Below are positions 25,661 to 37,865 of a stretch of DNA of 37,865 nt, in pieces. This DNA comes from Sphaeroforma arctica JP610. Taxonomy: Eukaryota. Position numbers and translations under genes: made by a program. The stretch lies in NCBI RefSeq assembly GCF_001186125.1, contig NW_014040535.1, forward strand, positions 158,588-196,452, written 5' to 3'. Numbering within the stretch: position 1 is the first letter of the stretch; each line of letters begins with the position of its first letter. Under the pieces are notes generated by a model. That model was not told where the DNA came from. It ran no database searches and saw only the letters and a list, made by a program, of their open reading frames with translations.

Positions 25661-26420
25661 TCATACTTTAGATGCCACATCACGGCGTACTATTAGAGAA
25701 ATAGTAAAAGTTAGGTAGAAGAAAGTCTGAACAGCAATGATGAAGAAGTGAAGATTCAACTCTTTTACTTCATCAGCCAGCATCTCAAAAATCTTCACTC
25801 GGTGAAATACTTGCTCTATGTGTATGCGCGAAAACGCGGAGGTACATTATACTTGAACGCAGGTTTAAACATATGCTGTATGAGGAATCCCTTATCGCCC
25901 AAAATGGATTCGCCATCCCATAAATCATTGGATAACGCTTCCTTGTAACATCCTCCATAAACTGGAGAGGCAAATACACAATGGCCAGCTTCCAGACATT
26001 GCAAGCAGTTGTTTTGCGATATTATGATACTTGTATGTGCTCCATGTTGATTATTGTATATCGAGGTTCGATAATGTCTCAATGTAAAACTCGGTGCAAT
26101 CTATTACTATCATAGTTGTAAGATATTCTTCTTTTAAACACGGAAGCAACAATACTTGATTATGGGAAAATACTCTACATATACATGGCCTACATGGGAA
26201 AGTCACTAAATGTAGATACAAATTTACGCGTACATTTCTCATTACTCAATCAAATTCTCTGAATGTGATTTTCATTTCCTGTCTCAAATTTATTTTAAAT
26301 AATTATGTAAGGTGCCTTTTTAAGGACTCCTTATCACATTTAGAAACTTTTGAGTGCAAAATGTTTAATGACAACAGGGTTCGAAACCAGTTCGGTAGTT
26401 TATATGGCTGCGTGTTATAT
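25661..26420 (-). pseudogene. DDE_Tnp_4 (ISL2EU/Harbinger-type) transposase of element A; 5' end unresolved
   Basis: YRTGFE, IVIDCTEFYIETLSNLDIQ, FASPVYGG, ILGDKGFLI...YNVPP and RIHIEQVFHRVKIFEML; frameshifted. Confidence 0.85.
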
Positions 26421-29297
26421 AGTGAATTTGACAATACAAACCCAGTCTGTAAAATATCTTGTACATTGAAGTGCAATCATACGGAAAGCTATCTGCGCAC
26501 CATTATACAGTCAAATACTTTCACACTGTATTATAGCTCTATGTAGATATACTTTGAGTGGTGACAAGAGACAATCTAAGCATAGCACACTAATATATAA
26601 ACTGTACAGCGTCAAGCGAAATACTGCTGACGAGCAATTACTAACAGTAGACTAACTGTAGACAGACAACGAAGATAGCTGATTCAAGAACCAGCACTCG
26701 ATTGAATACCGGACAAAAAGATCAATAAAACCATCTGCAAGGAAGCTTGGATGTGTATGTGAAAAATAAAGTCCATTTAAGAAGTATGTGTTGTCGCTAT
26801 TTAAATTTTTTTTATTATGGAATCAGGAAGTAAGAGCCTCACAGACCACGTGAGCTGCGCGCCAGATAGTGAGAGAAGCTTGAATGAAGTAGCATATACC
26901 AATACCAGCTACATAATAGAGAAGAGTCCCTTCCTGTTCGATCTATGGAGATGACGAACTTCTCGATAGACTGAAATCCAGTCTAGGATCTAACAGATCC
27001 GTTCGACACAAATACCCGCAAAAAAAAGCCTAAATACGCGTCTCGTACATAGTCTCAGACAGAGATTTAAGCCTAGCATGAAGTGCGTCAGCCTTTCTAG
27101 TCAATATTGCAGTCTCTTCTTCAGTTCCTTTTCTCTAAGTTCAAGATTTTCAATAGATGATGTTAGTTCTACCTTCAGATGAGCTTGGTTCAGATCTTTT
27201 ACAGCTTCCTGTAGTACTTGAGTCTAAGTAGCACACCTTGGGCATTTGTATGTTGTGTGGGGTGTAGCAGTAATTCGCATCAATTTCCATTAGTGGTTGG
27301 TGATTTTAGTCGCTTCTGCATGAAATACAGCTGTTCTATTTCTTGTAATTCGTCAAGAACAATCTATTCTCGTACAGCGTCTTCTCTTCTCGTGCTTGCT
27401 CTTCTTCTATCATCATTTGTATTGTCACATGCGCCCGGTATAATCGATGAGCTTCCTGCGAACTTTGATTCTTTTACGATCTCTGACTCGATAAATGATT
27501 TATACATATTCTTTTTGCTCCTCACTCGGTTGTATTCTGCTTTGTAGTTAGATCACTGCACTATTCCGCGCAGCATCTACTCATCTCTGCGATTACTGCA
27601 ATAGCTTGCTGTACACACTGAATACACTCTCTCCGCACACTTCAGTCATTTGATTCTTGAGTCAAAAGCAACTAATGTTATGTGCACTTAGCATCTCTTT
27701 ACGTTACGCACGATACACAATCTATATTCGTTATCCTTAAGTAGCTGTAGTAGGAGCGAGGATATTCAGATGCGTGTGGTTGATATAGTATTATTGTCAG
27801 ACACGAAATGGGGTACAGGTACAACCCTAGAATATGCTTGTCCCCCGAAATATCCAAGAATAGGTTTATATATAGGTGTATTGTAGTGGAGACAATAATT
27901 TATTACCAGTACTCAACCTATCTATTGCGAGTAAACAAAATTCGATCGCGTCATCGCGTTTCATTCGAGAGGACACGCTAGGAAATAATTTGGTTCTTCC
28001 CAGGTCTGGATTAACTGTGCAATCTAATGTCACATATAGTGCTGTACTATGCGAGCGTTGTTTTGTATCTGTGTACAACGGGCCAATCTTGCGAACTCCA
28101 TGTAGGCTGTTGTATAGTCGTCGCCTTATGATACTATGATACTATTTGAGACGTCAAATCACATGTCGGTAGCATATTAGATAACTGATAAACGCTGGTC
28201 ATTCCTCTCTTACATTTGAATTACTATAGCGACGGGACATGAATCATATGGTGCAGAATTCAATCTAAACATAATTCCGAGGTGAAGCAGACGGCTCGAT
28301 TCAACTTGCGCTTTTCGTTAGAAACCACTCAGATTATGGCTTTGTTGCATCTCAATACTAGAGAACAGATTATTCCTAACTTAAAACAGGTGGTAGGACA
28401 TCACAGCCCACATAGACGGCAGATTCTGTCCATCACTAGCCATGGAGACTTACGATACTCGCTAGCCAAGCGATTAGCCTCGGCAGCATATTGCCCCGCG
28501 GTTCCTCATACAGCACCTCCATCATTTTACATGTTTTGCCAGCACCAAAAAATCTTTCAGCCTCATGTCCATCAATCCATCGTCTAACATTGTGCGAATC
28601 AACTGGCCTGATCCGCGGTGCTGAATCCATGTCTCAAGTATTCCTCAGCACAAGGAAGTTGCTTCGCCTCTGCCCCCGTGATGTTGAAAATCTCGGTTCG
28701 CTCCAGCCAGGAATTTACACAATACCCGTTATTTTTTTTGTGCAAATTGCCCGAGGTTTTACATAGTTTAGCTTTCTGTTGGGACAAAAATAAGTGTAGG
28801 GCAAAAGAAGTGTGAATTAGTGCTCCTATACATGGTGTATACATATCCTGGACCAAACATCATGGGACATAAACAAACACATATAGTAAAGATGGCAGAT
28901 ACAGCTAAGCTGATATGTAATATGATAACTTCCCACGAAATAATAACATCTGATGCTTTTATTTCTCCCTTCAACTTATTCGCTGTATTTGATTGTTCAC
29001 CCAGCTCGTCTTCGTGCGCACTGCTTTGCACGTAATCTTGATGTGCATCTATAATATCCGAGTTTGCTGTATGTGGGAGACAAATAGTCATTTTTGAGCA
29101 TACATCAGGCCGGAAAACTACTGCAGTATATCAAACACACTTCGAAGGCGTACGTAGCTGTGAATAAATGTCATTCCCATCACGGCCTCGTGCAATGAAG
29201 TAGCTATCTGCAAATTGTGCCCAATTGCAATAGCGAACAACGTACCGATGTATGTTTGTAAAATCATAATACCCTATATAAGAAAAAGCGGCTAAAA

Positions 29298-29609
29298 NNN
29301 NNNNNNNNNNNNNNNNNNNNNNNNNNNNNNNNNNNNNNNNNNNNNNNNNNNNNNNNNNNNNNNNNNNNNNNNNNNNNNNNNNNNNNNNNNNNNNNNNNNN
29401 NNNNNNNNNNNNNNNNNNNNNNNNNNNNNNNNNNNNNNNNNNNNNNNNNNNNNNNNNNNNNNNNNNNNNNNNNNNNNNNNNNNNNNNNNNNNNNNNNNNN
29501 NNNNNNNNNNNNNNNNNNNNNNNNNNNNNNNNNNNNNNNNNNNNNNNNNNNNNNNNNNNNNNNNNNNNNNNNNNNNNNNNNNNNNNNNNNNNNNNNNNNN
29601 NNNNNNNNN
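29298..29609. other. Assembly gap
   Basis: Run of N. Confidence 1.
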
Positions 29610-30121
29610 AATTCGAAGCCCTTTGCACACTAGGGAATTGAATATTTGTAATAGAGCGACAGCAATAGTGCGACAAAACTAAACTAAAAAGTGCTTAACC
29701 AGTTAATACGGGTTCTTAGAATTTTTCATACATGTGGTGGTATTTCTCACACCCATATTAATTTTTCAGAATCAAAATTAACCAAACATCTGTTTGGAAG
29801 AGTTGGAAGTTGACAAATGGACATTCAAGGGAGCAGGTACTCGTGATAGTATTATGGCTAATATGCCCCCACGTGTTCTGCTTTGCAGGCGCTAGTTCTC
29901 ACTAGGAAACGAAAATCTAGATTAGACATATGGGGTATTTTTCTGTATCGAATCATATGATGGAGAAAAAATAATAGATTGCTTAGCCCGGAACTCATAC
30001 TGAATGAGAGCCACTCAATAAATACTTTTTACAAGCTTTCCTTTGGATATAGATATGCGTATGATGCAACATCGATAATGCGCGAGATGCGCACAATAAC
30101 TCAAATAGATACGAAAAGTTA

Positions 30122-30515
30122 TTTCCACCGGATATACCAAATGTTTACCATCGAATCAATTTACTATCAGTGTAGCGAATTAAAGTACCTGATTCACACA
30201 AATTACATACCCAAACACTTTCTCGATAAAACAATTTATACACTGCTCCGCTCGTTATGTATACATTACAGGAAGATAAGTATAGTTTTTGACGCTGATG
30301 CAAATTTTTGGCATAAGGTTTCCACCGGATATACCAAATGTTTACCATCGAATCGATTTACAATCAGTGTAGCGAATCAAAGTACCTGATTCACACAAAT
30401 TACATACCCAAACACTTTCTCGATAAAACAATTGATACACTGCTCCGCTCGTTATGTATACATTACAGGAAGATAAGTATAGTTTTTGACGCTGATGCAG
30501 ATTTTTGGCAAAGGG
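30122..30515. repeat. Near-identical 197-bp tandem duplication
   Basis: tttccaccggatataccaaatg... starts at 30122 and 30319. Confidence 0.92.
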
Positions 30516-30539
30516 TCCACTCCTTTGTGAGTCTTAGGG

Positions 30540-32160
30540 ATAATAAAGCAGCCTCGCTAAGAAGAGACGCACTAAGGATCCTGCAAAGGACATGCAGCAT
30601 GAAGCTCATGCGGCCGCAATATCTAATGCCGCTGGCCAATTGTGCGATTTTCAGAAAGAGCTTGATGCACTGCGAATAAAAGTTCATAATACAGAGACCA
30701 AGTCTGCACTTCTAGGAGTTGAACACAAAACTGAAATCGATCGAATGCAGAGGAGCTTAAATGAGAAACAACATAGGTTTGACAATATGGCAATAATTTT
30801 CAAAACAACTCGCGTGTACAAGATTTCATATGAATATATCTTCGGCGATAAAAAGAAGGCACGTTTCTGGACTGGGTTCCAGACTCCGAGAAAATTCCTG
30901 GCCTTGATGCTTTAGAATAGTATTGTAAACCAATTCGCGCAGGAAGAAATTATGTTCCTTTCAGAAATGCAATACTGATGTGTTTTGGAAGAGTTCGTCG
31001 AAATCTTGATTTAGGCGTGGTCGGACATTTATTTGGGCTCGACTGGACACAAAGCGTATTTAATGTTTTAAATGATATGAACGCCATACTCCTTGGTTAC
31101 TTCCGTCATCCCGCAAATGCTCCCGATGAATTTATTTACACCGGAAATTGACAACAAGTTACGTTCACCTTGTTTCGAAAAGAAACATTCGACGACGGCA
31201 CTGGGAATTGATTGCACAGGTTTATATACACTTTGATATTAATCTTAGTTTATAACACAGATTATACAGCAGGTTATGTGCATCATGGTATATTCGGGTT
31301 GGATTGAATACTAATGTACAATGCCTTGATTTTGACCCATTCACATAATTCTTTATCTAGACACCATCAAATCTAGATTTCCAATAAAAAACGTCCAGTT
31401 TAAACAAACATCACAGTAATGTTTTAAATGATATGAACGCCATAATCCTTGGTTACTTCCGTCATCCCGCAAATGCTCCCGATGAATTTATTTACACCGG
31501 GAATTGACAACAAGTTACGTTCACCTTGTTTCGAAAAGAAACATTCGACGACGGCGCTGGTAATTGATTGCACAGGTTTATATACATTTTGATATTAATC
31601 TTAGTTTATAACACAGATTATACAGCAGGTTATGTGCATCATGGTATGTTTGGGTTGGATTGAATACTAATGTACAATGCCTTGATTTTGACCCATTCAC
31701 AAAATTCTTTATCTAGACACCATCAAATCTAGATTTCCAATAAAAAACGTCCAGTTCAAACAAACATCACAGTACACTTAAAATGCTGACATTGTGTATA
31801 TGTGTCGCCGTTATATCTTGGGCGGTTAAGTGATCGAGAAATTTCGGAATTGTGCAAAGAGGCATTGTACGAAAAACTGTGGCTTGGTTCTTCTGCGATG
31901 GGCGACAAAGGTTTTCATATCGCAGATTTATTGCCTGAGGGATGCACGTACAACGTACCACCAATGCTTCGAAAGGACAATCAGTTTACTGGCAGACCGA
32001 TAAAACAATCCAAATAGAGCGAGTTATTTGTAGAGCGAAGCTTTTCGAAATGGTTGCTCAAGAAATGCATACTTTAGATATACATTTCTTTATAATCGCT
32101 GCCGAAATGTGCTTCTATTTGAAGGACATTGTCTCACCTTTTATGAGACAAGACGCCTAA
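30540..32160 (+). pseudogene. DDE_Tnp_4 (ISL2EU-type) transposase of element B, apparently intron-containing; 5' end unresolved
   Basis: A coiled coil, then RFWTGFQT, LGIDCT|gt...ag|TPSNLDFQ, SPLYLGRLSDREI, AMGDKGFHIADLL...YNVPP and IQIERVICRAKLFEMV. Confidence 0.88.
31061..31772. repeat. Near-identical 356-bp tandem duplication inside transposase B
   Basis: taatgttttaaatgatatgaacgccat... starts at 31061 and 31417. Confidence 0.92.
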
Positions 32161-32169
32161 TTATAAATA

Positions 32170-33510
32170 AGATCGAAAACAAACGCACGCATAACATTTC
32201 TTTATTTTCAATTTATTATTTAAATCCTTGCAATCGTCACTATCTATAATCTCATCTATATCACTCACATCACTATCTATATGAAATTTTGCATCATTAT
32301 CTAGATCACTCAAACCACTTACGCCACTGTCTTGATCGATTCTATATTTAACTTATAAAGCATAACAACATCATCGTACAAAGCCCAGTGACTTTTTTCC
32401 ATCTCCCACAATTTCCTGGTAGTTCCAGAAAAGACGGGTTGTTGCTGGCTCACGAAATTACTCAATTCTTTCATTGCCGGACATATGTACACCTTTGGAG
32501 CGAGACTTGTGCATGGTTTGTCTCTCATTAGTCCCATTACCATGTCCAGAGTGAACATTATCAGTAAAATTATCCTGTCTTTCCGCTATGGTTCGCGAAT
32601 TTGAGATGATTGTGAGATGTATTGGGCGTATGACGTCAAGAGCCAAATTTCCGCTGAAGAAACTGGATACATCCCAGCCACACGGTTTACTAGTGCATAG
32701 TGTCGTGTCGACTTCAGGTATTTCGGAAATTAGTGCGTCATATTTATATATTTCCATATTATTGGTAGCGGCCCAAGTGGATTGTTGCACTGTAGTCCAT
32801 ACTAAAGATGCAACGTGTACACACTTGCCACCTAAACCAAGTGGGCATATAAAATATTCCTTGATCACAATATATTCGCTTTCTTCTCCGAGTAAAAGCT
32901 GTGCATATGCTTCCATGAATGATGCTCTTTGAGAGTGTGGGATGTTTGCACATATATGTAATTTTTTCAGTGCATTACCGATGAAGTCAGCGCCAACTTT
33001 GATGTTCATCCATTTTATTGACACAAGACTTTCGCCTCGTTCACAAAATTCATAGATGCTGTATTTTCTATATGGGTGGATGTTCGCGAACATTCCTTGA
33101 AATACGTTGCAACCCCCAAAAGATCTATCATTGCCTCAAATTTAAAAAAATGGGAATCTGTGCCACATACTACTCTTGACAACAATATACGTACATTTTC
33201 AAGCTTCGGAAACATCGCATACACTGTAAGCTTGCAACGGACTCTGTTCACGCGTGAAAGGACTATATTCGCCTAAACAATAAACAGTAATAAGCTCCTT
33301 ACTTAATGCGATTGATTTTTCTTCTGCAGGACTCTGATCCTCAACCCGCAAGTGTGATGCACTTAGTTTTAGTGACATCAAATACCCAACTATTTCTATA
33401 TGCATGCACGCTTCTTTGAAGGCCTGTTCTCACTCGTCTTATTTCGTCTGACCAAGTCCCATTTGCAATGACTTTAATTTCTTGTTAGCGCTTAAATCTT
33501 CATTCATCAG
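32170..33510 (-). pseudogene. SWIM zinc-finger accessory gene of element B, convergent with its transposase
   Basis: FICPLGLGGKCVHVASL (SWIM CxC..CxH with the first Cys lost, ~32815-32853) followed by CTSKPCGW, then an acidic tail. It is frameshifted and homologous to 16700-17470. Confidence 0.8.
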
Positions 33511-33851
33511 CAGATGATCACGTACAAATGTAATTATCTTATACAAACGTAAACCACATAAAGCCCTTTTTGCGCTATGCAAGTGTTTGGTATAATGAGG
33601 GGCCAGTAAAAATTGGAAATCAAAGATACACTGGAAATTGTTACTCTTGTGATTTTGCTTCTAGAAAAGACAAAAAAACTCGTCAGTACTCTATCATATG
33701 GTGCCATCTGACACCAACACGCACACAAGCACGTACAGCAAATAATATCAATTTAGTCTCTATCGTGTTTGCGAACATAATTTATTTGCGTTCGTGTGGA
33801 TACATTCAACGTATAATATGGTTGTAATATTGAGCTCATATAAACAAAATC

Positions 33852-36020
33852 TCAAGTATATGTCGCAGTCTGAGTGAAGATCGCTTCAATCTTTCCCACC
33901 AGTTCTTTCAGTTTCATCTCTGTCTCAGTGTTCAGCGCAGTCTCTCCTACGTTCTTCTGCAGATCTTTGAGTCGGCTGGTCATATTCATTCTTTTCTCAT
34001 CAGCTTTCTTACATTTTTTTTCTTGATTCATTGTCTGCATCCGTCATTTGAACCATTATGTGGCTATACTCCTGCTGACAACTTGCATGCTGTATTGATT
34101 GTTCTAAACTAGTATACTTCATTGCTGCAGAATTTGCTGTTTCGTAAAGCTTGTAAAAATGCTCTTCGTCGCTGTACATGAGTTCCACCTTTCGCTTAGC
34201 CATATCCTTTTTGTCAGCTGATTGTTTCTGAAGAGCAGATTCATGCTCCTCCTGTTCCGCTCTGAGGTTTTCGAGGTCTATTTCGTTTCTATATTGAAAT
34301 TTATCGATCTTCTCTTGTACTGTCTTCTCCCTTTTTCTTTTGCTCAATGTTGCTATGGTAATATCGGCAATTGCCATAGACGCCGTCAGTGGCACGTAAT
34401 GAGAAATTGTTTCAAACTGCTGCTGTAAAGCCTCATGTGTAGCAGCTGATAATTGAGCTCCAACCGCTACACCATCTTCATCAGGCGATCATATTAGCAC
34501 AGTATGTTTAACTACACTTTTCCCTGCTATTTTCACTGCCAGTTCTTGCTTCTTTTCTGTACTTTTAATATCTTTTTGTTGAAGTATATTGCTTTTTACG
34601 AGACTTTGTTTGAGTACTTGTGAACTGTCGAGTCTTATGCCTGAAGGGGAGAGGTAGTCTGTGTACACGCCAACCATCTGCCACGATGTCTCTAGCACTT
34701 CGGATGGAACACTCGCGAAATGGTTGGAGCCAAAAGATGCATAACTCGAGCTTCAGAGTATGGCTGACTATGAGTAGCACATATAGCATTGATGGTCTGT
34801 GTAAACTGGGTGTCTGCCCAATCGCTGTTGTCTAGGTCCGACCAACCCCCAAATTGCCGAAGAGTACGATTCAATGTACAGAGCTCAGCCTTGGTTTGAG
34901 GCTTTCGAGCCCGTACCCTTGAGCAGGCGAAAGAGATGTCTGTCAAGCATTTGTGTTAAATTGGTAGCGTGCATGACTTGTACAAGCCAATGAACATGTC
35001 TCTCAGCCGACTGGATTCTAAGACGACGATCTTTACCCATTTCGTGCATAGATGCCACGTCCATGCACACAATGTACTTCTTGCTTGGCTTGGGTACGGG
35101 GTCTGATAAAAGAAATCGGTTGCATGTTGATCCGCCTTCATATCATAGCAGTCGAAGCAGCAAAATGTATTTCGTGATATATTCAAAACTGTCCAGAGTC
35201 TGATAACCGTTCTCAGTTGGCACGACTTCTGTCACAATGGCAAGTTGAGTAGGTATGACCCGTAATATTGCATTTTTCTTGGCCTGATTTGTAGCTTCAG
35301 TAGCTGCTTTCTTGAACAGCACTACCAATACAAGTAAGCTACAGCCAAGGGTGATCGGAAAAAGAGTCATACCAGGCCATCCTCTGGGTCCTGGACCTAG
35401 TGTTTGACTACGCTTTCGATCACACAGACCAACTCCAGTTATCGACCGCTCGGCCTTCTCTAGCTCCGCACCGAAGCGACACTCGTCCATCTGAAGTATC
35501 TGGTTCATTCCTTTGATATTCAGTTTGTCTATTAATTTTTGAAAAGTATCAAAATACAGTTGCAACAACAATGGGTCGGCTGCAGACTGGCGATGAGGTA
35601 GCATCACTTCTGCTTTTCGAGTTGTCCAGTTGTTTCGTTCCATGTAGTACCTCAATCTACGCACTGAAGGAAATTCCTTTTCTTTCTTCGTTAGGAGCGT
35701 AGTGAATCTGCCATCTGCATTAATAAGACATTGCGTCGACCATTATGTGAGTCGCATAACATCTTTTAATTGAGATTCAGTTAAGGATCTTCCAGCTTCA
35801 TTTTGAGCCATCACAACTTCAGTTATCCTGTCCTGTGTACGCTGACTCAGAATTGTATTGCGGCCTTATCCAACTTTGAGCGGTATACCTGCCTTGTACT
35901 TTTTATACTTCTTGCAAAAGTTTGAAGGCTTAGCATTTGTATTGTTTTTATCATTGAACTCCGATATAATGGTTTTATGTTTGATTTTAGGGTGATCGCG
36001 TGTTAGCTATAGATGCATAT
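33852..36020 (-). mobile_element. pogo/Fot1-like (DDE_1, Tc1/mariner superfamily) transposase remnant; TIRs not identified
   Basis: CENP-B-like HTH region (GRNTILS...RLRYYMERN), YFDTF...QILQMDE, TENGY and CMDVASMH...TNLTQMLDRHLFRLLK, followed by a coiled-coil tail; stops and frameshifts present. Confidence 0.8.
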
Positions 36021-37038
36021 TTGATGCTACGTTGTTGATGTTAGCCTTTCAACATTGCGTACGCAATGAATGATGCGTTCTTGAGACTTTCATTTTTAAA
36101 GATTATATTTCGACCTCCAGCAGAAAACATACACACTTTAAATGTTGTTGGATTTTGCCGTGCCAGATGCGTGATAAGATTGAAGAATAAATTAACACTT
36201 GAATACATCAGAAAATCGGAGTCGCTAGCCGCGATGAAAGCACTATCGCCAAATAAACGAAACAAGTAAGCAATCTGGGAATTAGCTTCATAAGGTGCAA
36301 TATAATATTACGATCTCATGGTCATGCATGTGCCTACACTTACACGGGTGTGTTCTCACGTACGCACACATGTCATGGACAATAGCTTTATACCTTGCGC
36401 TGAGGAGCCCAGGCGTGGTTTGTCAAGCTTTTGCTAATCAGCGTGCGCATTTGACTTCTCGTTTCCTTCTCATGGCGTTTTGCTAAAGGTACGTCCCTAT
36501 CGAGCACAAATATAGATGTGCATTCTAAAGTTGTGGTGCAATTTTAGGAATGCAGCGTTTTTGTGAACATGTAGCGATCTTGCTAGTTCTAAAGCGCTCA
36601 AGAAATTATTGCTTGTACAATGTCTGATCGCATAGTGTATGATCGCTGACGCGTCGATATAGCATAATTTATTTCCAACTTGAGCTCTGAGGGCTGAAAT
36701 ATGTGATACTTATTTTTTGATCTGCGTGATCCTAACAGCATCTTTCTGCACACATGTGAGTAGTTGTTGGACATCCATATGGCGAATAAAATGTATTGTA
36801 TGTTTCGAGGAAGTGCACTACTGTGTATGTCAAATACAATATTTATCCATTAAAAATCAAACCATGTGCGAAAATCAGTTGTCCCCACTTTTTTCTTGAA
36901 ATTGATTTTTCTCAGGTCTATTGAACAGATCACTCATTGTATACGCGAGACAGGCAGATAGATTCCGATGTTACATTTGTTTCTCGATATGCAACATACC
37001 ACGACCGCTGGGGAGAATATTTTGCATTGGAAAGGACA

Positions 37039-37224
37039 AAATAGGGACAATATTATTTATTTCAATTTGGGCAAATTTTTATATGTCTACATGCACATCA
37101 GGCTTCATATTCGTTTGTGTGGTTTTGGTAAATTGAAGGGGAAGAACTGCCGTGAGAAGCTCGGGGCGAGTGATGCAATGATGGAGAGCATGCGGTGCGT
37201 TAATTCACGACGATGGATACAGAA
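37039..37224 (+). repeat. Dispersed repeat, inverted homolog of 10492-10687, inside unidentified ORF 36968-37393
   Basis: Nucleotide and translated similarity seen by eye. Confidence 0.85.
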
Positions 37225-37865
37225 CACCTCTACAATTAAAAATGACCTTCACCGCTTTTTGGAAGGTACAGAGCCTCGTCAATGGTTTTCCAAAACTTAT
37301 CTGCTGAGATACATGGAATTTCGTAAATATGAGTGGCAATATCGCTGTGGATGTTCTGCTGTTAGACCGCCATCTATACGTATTTGTTTCTGATTTCTAA
37401 TCCATTAGGTTTTCAGATAATGAATCATATTATATGTATCTGAAAGAGAAAAAGAAAAAAAATATATGATAGCTGATTAGTGGGCTTCCAAATGAACAAA
37501 TAAACTCGCACAGTGCGCAAATAAGACTCCTGTGCTTGTCAGATAAGTTCAGCTGTTACATTTAGTTTCCTATAAAGGCACTATTTCACGATTATCGGGA
37601 AGAACATTTCGTATCAGGCAGGTCGTATCTATGGTCATCATTGATCACCGTAATTTTGAGTACATAACACTCTTGGGATACTGTTCCAAACCATACCTGC
37701 TGAAGCGAATGCAATCTTTGTATTTAAGATAAACAAAATCACGTTATGTCTGTCTGGAAACGATGAAAGCATTGAACTAATATGCTCGCAAAGTACAGTG
37801 AAGACATTTAGTGTTTTTGGCAAACTGAAAGCATTCTTTGATATTGTTCGAAACCTTTTCTGCTA

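Larger units (their letters stand above)
14946..26420. mobile_element. ISL2EU-like (PIF/Harbinger-related) DNA transposon remnant A, interrupted by the Gypsy element; termini not found
   Basis: A SWIM-containing accessory gene on + (reconstructed stop 25613-25615) converges on a DDE_Tnp_4 transposase on - (stop 25661-25663), 45 bp apart. Both genes are homologous to those of element B. Confidence 0.7.

Noticed and set aside
29131..29676. Long minus-strand ORFs
   Set aside because: They are open only because they span the N gap.
33520..36500. Terminal inverted repeats for the pogo-like element and element B
   Set aside because: No convincing inverted pair with a TSD was found by eye, and B's left end may lie in the gap.
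36968..37393. Merlin/IS1595-like transposase C-terminus
   Set aside because: There is only a vague resemblance (YLLRYMEF), and the catalytic motifs were not found.

Overview
Eukaryotic, repeat-rich draft-assembly window with spliceosomal introns, (TA)n/(GT)n microsatellites and two N gaps. All calls come from manual motif reading; no searches were run. From left to right it holds: (1) a multi-exon, apparently decaying DEP-domain gene (~1.4-7.2 kb); (2) unresolved degenerate repeats (~8.9-14.5 kb); (3) an ISL2EU-like (PIF/Harbinger-related, DDE_Tnp_4) DNA transposon remnant 'A' with convergent genes, whose accessory gene appears to fuse an EXO1/XPG-type nuclease to a SWIM-finger region; (4) nested in that accessory gene, a full-length 8.1-kb Ty3/Gypsy LTR retrotransposon (17471-25556, GTAT target-site duplication) whose pol carries a Dam-like N6-adenine DNA methyltransferase domain between RNase H and a DDE integrase, followed by a probable chromodomain; (5) a second, related ISL2EU-like element 'B' in the opposite orientation (~30.5-33.5 kb); (6) a decayed pogo/Fot1-like DDE_1 transposase (~33.9-36.0 kb). 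All element ORFs are disrupted. The two most interesting items are the adenine-methyltransferase-bearing Gypsy element and the EXO1-like/SWIM accessory gene.
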